From a virus (lineage: Duplodnaviria > Caudoviricetes): DNA of 40,062 nucleotides. The stretch lies in the IMG/VR virus record IMGVR_UViG_3300033485_000042, positions 1-40,062 of that record; one strand, written 5' to 3'. Shown in pieces: positions 35,707-40,062 of this stretch. A program made the translations under genes and the position numbers. The notes under the pieces were generated by a model. The model saw only the letters and a list, made by a program, of their open reading frames with translations. It had not been told where the DNA came from and searched no databases. Positions within the stretch are counted from its first letter, which is position 1. Every line of letters starts with the position of its first letter.

Positions 35707-36178
35707 TTATAACCTCATTTAATCTGGCATATTCACCATGATATTTTATTGCCATTTCATTATATTTAACAGCTGCCATATTTATGTCTTTAAAAGATCC
35801 ACCATTATAATGCTTTCCATTGACTGAAATAAAGGCAACCCATTTTTTATCTCGTTTTTTATAATATACCCCCTTATATCCAGAAGTATTGCTAGAAGGC
35901 GCACCTCTATTCATTCCGTTTTGAGACTTATTACATGCACGTAGATTACATTTTCTATTGTCGAGTCCGTTACCGTTAATATGGTCGATGTCTTTAATTT
36001 CATTATTTAATATAATTTTATGCATATACATGGTTTTTCTTTTTATTTGCGCCCATACTCTATAAGTATTATATGTTTTGTTTATATGCCACTTATAGTT
36101 TTTAATCTTATCGAAATCTTCAATATCAAAGTATACAATTTGTGTCCCATGCGTTTTACTGGTTATATGCATTTCCAT
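35696..36178 (-). CDS. HNH endonuclease with AP2 domain
   Basis: IDHINGNGLDNRKCNLR; NTSGYKGV...AAVKYNEMAIKYHGEYARLN. Confidence 0.92.
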   Translation of the reverse strand: MEMHITSKTHGTQIVYFDIEDFDKIKNYKWHINKTYNTYRVWAQIKRKTMYMHKIILNNEIKDIDHINGNGLDNRKCNLRACNKSQNGMNRGAPSSNTSGYKGVYYKKRDKKWVAFISVNGKHYNGGSFKDINMAAVKYNEMAIKYHGEYARLNEVINGS

Positions 36179-36357
36179 TACTTCTTACCGCCGAAAATAT
36201 TATTGAATTGTTCTAATATCTCAGTATTACCTTTTGCCGATTTTAATATGTCAAGCTCTTTTTTAATGCGTATGATGTCATCTAATACGCGGTCAATGTC
36301 TTTATCATTTACGACAAATTGCTTCGTGCAACACGGACAGGTAAATCGTCTAAGCAT
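36178..36357 (-). CDS. 59-aa hypothetical protein
   Basis: MLRRFTCPCCTKQF...; GGAGG RBS; coupled. Confidence 0.6.
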   Translation of the reverse strand: MLRRFTCPCCTKQFVVNDKDIDRVLDDIIRIKKELDILKSAKGNTEILEQFNNIFGGKK

Positions 36358-36535
36358 TTTCGGCCTCCAATTGTTCTTTAAGCTCGTCTATACTTATAGC
36401 GCAAAGCCTTTTAACTGTCAACGTATTTTCAATCTTTATTGCAACATATTCACGCACATTAAAATGACGTTGCGATACTATTGACCATGCCGGATAAAGT
36501 TTTCTAAGTTGTGAAAGCTCTTGTTCGCGTGTCAT
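36350..36535 (-). CDS. Hypothetical protein
   Basis: Coupled ORF. Confidence 0.55.
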   Translation of the reverse strand: MTREQELSQLRKLYPAWSIVSQRHFNVREYVAIKIENTLTVKRLCAISIDELKEQLEAENA

Positions 36536-36771
36536 TGTTGAACCTTACCGCAATATCTACATTTGAACATCGGATACGGTGCGCCACAATATTTACACTC
36601 TGTCACTAATAATGGATGTACGTTTGATATATAACCATTAGCCTTATATAATGTTTTAAAACGTGTCCCATTGCTGCAACTAAAACGTATTTCATCATAT
36701 TGGTATTTTGTACCGTCATGTGTTCTAAAAGTGCATTTTGTTTCAGTTTGACCAGTCATTTCTCCTCGCAC
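36532..36771 (-). CDS. Small double zinc-ribbon protein
   Basis: CKYCGAP...CRYCG; likely start MTGQ after GAGGAG. Confidence 0.6.
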   Translation of the reverse strand: MRGEMTGQTETKCTFRTHDGTKYQYDEIRFSCSNGTRFKTLYKANGYISNVHPLLVTECKYCGAPYPMFKCRYCGKVQQ

Positions 36772-36907
36772 TTAGCGCAAACATAGCCCTCTTTCGTCTT
36801 CGTCCAGCCCTTATCCTTTATCAGCTCTTCAACCTTGATATGCTTGCCTATTTCAAATTCTACGCTGAGACGCTTAGAGCAATGATAGCAAAAGATTGTG
36901 AAACTGC

Positions 36908-37165
36908 TCATGATAGTACCTCGTCAATAGTCATGCCCGTTGCTTTTTCGATGATCTTAATTGATTTTTTTGGTTCTGTTAAAAACGCGGCGTTAATTGA
37001 TCCCCATATCGGAGGATTATAAGTTTCAAACATTCTTTTTAGCATATAGTATGTTTTAATAAATTCAATTACTGATTCAAGCATTTCATTTTTAATATCG
37101 CAATCGGTGCCGGTAAATTTAAACTTGCTCATATTATTGCGCTCCTGATTTCGATCTAGGCTCAA
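36908..37165 (-). CDS. Hypothetical protein
   Basis: Likely start MSKFKF after AGGAG. Confidence 0.6.
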   Translation of the reverse strand: MSLDRNQERNNMSKFKFTGTDCDIKNEMLESVIEFIKTYYMLKRMFETYNPPIWGSINAAFLTEPKKSIKIIEKATGMTIDEVLS

Positions 37166-37811
37166 TGCCCATTATTTCGCAAAATTCGCTTTCAGAGATA
37201 TGCACCGGTGAATTTTTATGACATCCACGACAAAGATACATTATATTTCTTTCATCGTCAACTAAATCACCATATAATCTGCGGTTATCTTTACTCTGCT
37301 CGAAACGGTGATGCGGATCTATTGCCGACTCTTCTCTGCATATTTCACAGTAACCATGTTTTACTTTGCCTAGTTCTTCAAATATTTGCTTGTAGTTCTT
37401 TGCAATATATTCTTTATCATATCCGAATATCTCCGACGCTTCCGCACATATCGCATTGACAAAAACATTTTTAAATTCATCATTATTCATGTTTGCAAAA
37501 GCTATTGACAGCGGTGCTTCTTCTTCGCGTCCCGTTTCCGTGTTGTAGAATAATTCGACAAAGCCGTGTGAGCGCATACAAGACTTGATTATATAGTACG
37601 ATTCTTTGCCTTCCATCCAGTAACCATGCGGCGCATTTTCTGCCATAGCCTCAGCCATCTTGAAAGCAAGCGCATTGAACTCTGGATTGCGGCACTTGTA
37701 CGGCTTACACGCTAACGGTTGCCCTATGTGCATCTTTTGTATATACTCAAAGGTAGGCTTATCAGACGCAGACAGTAGGCCGTTTTTTGTGCGGTATAGA
37801 AAAAGCTCCAT
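37134..37811 (-). CDS. DUF1367-like domain fused to an HNH-like zinc domain
   Basis: RNPEFN...PLSIAFANMNNDEF; C-terminal CEIC...DPHH...NIMYLCRGCH. Confidence 0.7.
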   Translation of the reverse strand: MELFLYRTKNGLLSASDKPTFEYIQKMHIGQPLACKPYKCRNPEFNALAFKMAEAMAENAPHGYWMEGKESYYIIKSCMRSHGFVELFYNTETGREEEAPLSIAFANMNNDEFKNVFVNAICAEASEIFGYDKEYIAKNYKQIFEELGKVKHGYCEICREESAIDPHHRFEQSKDNRRLYGDLVDDERNIMYLCRGCHKNSPVHISESEFCEIMGIEPRSKSGAQ

Positions 37812-38398
37812 TAGATTAACGCCTCTAAATCAGATATAAAAGCAGAGACCTCTTTTTCAATTTCGCTGATGGTCTCGTTGTCGCGTTCTACTCTTGTTAT
37901 AATCATTCGTTTTGCTTCGTCTTTCATTTCAGGGCAGAACATAACAAAGTCACACCACAATCGACCAGTACATGACATTTGACCTTGCATCTGTAGCATA
38001 TATTTACGGTCAATTTTTTCTTTATGCCGATACTTTTCAAACGTAGTAACAAGCGGACATTTAATCTCGATCAATCCATCTTTACCGATTAAGCCGTCTG
38101 GACTGGCTCCGAATCCTTTTATAGTTGGATGCAAAATAAACCCGGTTCCAACAATTTTATTAAAAGTCAAAAGCTGATAAAACTCTTTTGCAAGCGGTTC
38201 CTTTTCTGTTCCTTCATCCATTGCTGAGCTTTTATACTTTTCAAACGTTGCGCCGGTATCTATTTCGGCAAGCAGTTCATATAAATATGATTCCCTTGTT
38301 TTCCCTTCGCCTTTTGCCATTACATCTGAAAGTCTTGATGCTCCTACTCTTCCAAGTTTGTCGGCATACCATTCTTCTGTGCGCTGTAGTTCTATCAT
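37811..38398 (-). CDS. YqaJ / lambda-exonuclease family protein
   Basis: QRTEEW...GAS, AMDEGTEKEP, GASPDGL...IEIKCP, QMQGQM. Confidence 0.94.
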   Translation of the reverse strand: MIELQRTEEWYADKLGRVGASRLSDVMAKGEGKTRESYLYELLAEIDTGATFEKYKSSAMDEGTEKEPLAKEFYQLLTFNKIVGTGFILHPTIKGFGASPDGLIGKDGLIEIKCPLVTTFEKYRHKEKIDRKYMLQMQGQMSCTGRLWCDFVMFCPEMKDEAKRMIITRVERDNETISEIEKEVSAFISDLEALI

Positions 38399-38660
38399 AA
38401 TTCCTCAATATATTTATCAATACAGTTTTCACATATACAAAGCTCGTAGTCATAGTCGTAATACATTTTTATGGCATTAAACTTTTCACCGTAATATCTT
38501 GTACCGTCAAACTCTCTTTCATAGCATCTTTCACAGTGACTTTAATGTGCTGCGGCGGCATCCCATCCGGTTATATTGTTTTTTTCTACGTTTTCTATTC
38601 TTTTGGAACGACGTATTTTAAAGGCTTCAAGCATATTGCTTTTAATAGCATCAGTACCTA

Positions 38661-39434
38661 TCATAATTCAAACCCTATCATTTCAGCAACCGACCGCGCA
38701 AATTCTTCTGTAAATTCTCCGGCTTTCCTTTTAGCTACGCACATTTCTCGGATAGTGTCTCTGTCTAATCCGTTATACTTTTCGAGCGCATCAATGATTT
38801 TTTCTTGCATCTGCTCGATCGTGCTTTTTGCTCCTTGAAGCTCAACAACGATATTATCCTTAACTTGAAAGTCATATTCAGACTGCAGCCCGGTAATCCC
38901 AAAAGCTTTTTTGAGTGCGTGAGTCTCTGCAACCTTCTTGATCATTTCGGCTGCGTGCGATTTCCATGCATTAAAACCTTTGTCGTATGTTTTCATGTCA
39001 ACAAATTCAACTGTGGGATATTCGCACCCTTTTGGCTTTACGATTGCATAGGCTCCGATAATTGCGCCTCTGTCTTTGAAGTTTGGCTTATGCTTAATAG
39101 TTGCGCTAGGTACGTCCATTTCAAACTCGTCATTCATGCAAACCTCTGCCGATGTCATACCGTTCCATAAATTAGACTCTTGCGCTTTCTTCAAGAATCC
39201 ATCACGACCAGCAAAAACAAGAAGATTTCCCTTGCCATCTTTATAGCACCATAACTCTTTCATAAACGGGTTTAATCCGGTTGACTTTGCAATGTTGAGA
39301 AAATATCCCAATTCAATGTCGGTTGTTCCTTTTGCTATCGTATTCTTGACAAGTGCTATTTCATTATAGCTATATCCTGTCATTTCGTGGATTTTCTGAA
39401 CTGTTGAACTTGTCTGAATTTCGTTTTCGCTCAT
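38661..39434 (-). CDS. recT: RecT/Bet single-strand annealing protein
   Basis: GLNPFMKELW, GRDGFLKKAQ, IIGAYA, W...AEMIKKVAETHALKKAF. Confidence 0.92.
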   Translation of the reverse strand: MSENEIQTSSTVQKIHEMTGYSYNEIALVKNTIAKGTTDIELGYFLNIAKSTGLNPFMKELWCYKDGKGNLLVFAGRDGFLKKAQESNLWNGMTSAEVCMNDEFEMDVPSATIKHKPNFKDRGAIIGAYAIVKPKGCEYPTVEFVDMKTYDKGFNAWKSHAAEMIKKVAETHALKKAFGITGLQSEYDFQVKDNIVVELQGAKSTIEQMQEKIIDALEKYNGLDRDTIREMCVAKRKAGEFTEEFARSVAEMIGFEL

Positions 39435-39454
39435 TTTATACCGTCCTTTATTAT

Positions 39455-39482
39455 AATATACATTAGTTTATGTCTTTGTCAA
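39455..39482 (-). promoter_or_regulatory. sigma70 promoter for the recombination operon
   Basis: TTGACA-N16-TATATT; the -35 overlaps the TGA stop of the LRR gene. Confidence 0.75.
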
Positions 39483-40062
39483 CGTTTTTTATTTACTTTA
39501 TTAAATGCCTTTATTTTTTTATCAGTTATCTGTGAGTTTCTGAAATCAGCAGACCCGCCGATTGTTGTCAGCTTGCCGAGATCAGTTATCTGTGATTCGC
39601 TGAAATCAGCAGACCCGCCGATTGTTGTCAGCTTTCCGAGATCAGTTATCTGTGATTCGCTGAAATAAGCAAAGCCGCCGATTGTTGTCAGCTTTCCGAG
39701 ATCAGTTATCTGTGAGTTTCTGAAATAAGCAGACCCGCCGATTGTTGTCAGCTTTCCGAGATCAGTTATCTGTGATTCGCTGAAATAAGCAAAGCCGCCG
39801 ATTGTTGTCAGCTTGCCGAGATCAGTTATCTGTGAGTTCCTGAAATCAGCAGACCCGCCGATTGTTGTCAGCTTTCCGAGATCAGTTATCTGTGATTCGC
39901 TGAAATAAGCAGACCCGCCGATTGTTGTCAGCTTGCCGAGATCAGTTATCTGTGATTCGCTGAAATCAGCAGACCCGCCGATTGTTGTCAGCTTTCCGAG
40001 ATCAGTTATCTGTGATTCGCTGAAATCAGCAGACCCGCCGATTGTTGTCAGCTTGCCGAGAT
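39479..40062 (-). CDS. 3' part of the PcfJ-LRR gene (repeats and stop)
   Basis: Same 20-aa repeats, ending ...ADFRNSQITDKKIKAFNKVNKKR-stop at 39479-39481. Confidence 0.85.
   Translation of the reverse strand, partial: LGKLTTIGGSADFSESQITDLGKLTTIGGSADFSESQITDLGKLTTIGGSAYFSESQITDLGKLTTIGGSADFRNSQITDLGKLTTIGGFAYFSESQITDLGKLTTIGGSAYFRNSQITDLGKLTTIGGFAYFSESQITDLGKLTTIGGSADFSESQITDLGKLTTIGGSADFRNSQITDKKIKAFNKVNKKR
39521..40062. repeat. 60-bp tandem repeat array, ~9 units (coding)
   Basis: Same unit as 1-317, with variant positions. Confidence 0.98.

Noticed and set aside
11061-38838. Numerous plus-strand ORFs opposite structural and recombination genes (e.g. 21233, 24921, 27144, 33623, 36020)
   Set aside because: Antisense shadows of well-supported minus-strand genes, without RBS or motifs; only 26635-26841 has its own signals.
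1-40062. Stop-codon reassignment
   Set aside because: All core genes are full length and tightly coupled in the standard code.

Overview
This window looks like an essentially complete ~40 kb tailed dsDNA phage genome (siphovirus-type) whose assembly broke inside a 60-bp tandem repeat present at both ends. That repeat is coding: a minus-strand gene missing from the ORF track starts at 1021, runs off the left end and re-enters at the right end (stop 39479-39481). It encodes a PcfJ-like domain followed by 20-aa LRR-like solenoid repeats. Back-to-back sigma70 promoters at ~6870-6985 drive a rightward early arm (STAS protein, HNH-AP2, SSB, lytic transglycosylase) and a leftward arm (small ORFs, beta-barrel-like protein, tRNA-like ncRNA, replication initiator, helicase-loader-like protein, NDT-like protein, radical SAM, PcfJ-LRR). 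The leftward arm continues after the wrap with RecT, YqaJ exonuclease, a sigma factor, a structured RNA region, and the packaging, SPP1-like head, tail and lysis genes. No integrase, repressor or ParA is recognisable. The host is probably diderm, possibly a spirochaete (weak inference). Top leads: (1) a self-promoted tRNA mimic whose anticodon arm is replaced by a multi-hairpin domain; (2) a STAS anti-anti-sigma mimic lacking the phospho-acceptor Ser, in a genome that also encodes a sigma factor; (3) a switch-like RNA carrying an anti-Shine-Dalgarno sequence ahead of the late genes; (4) the mosaic LRR-PcfJ protein. All calls come from manual motif reading, with no database searches.
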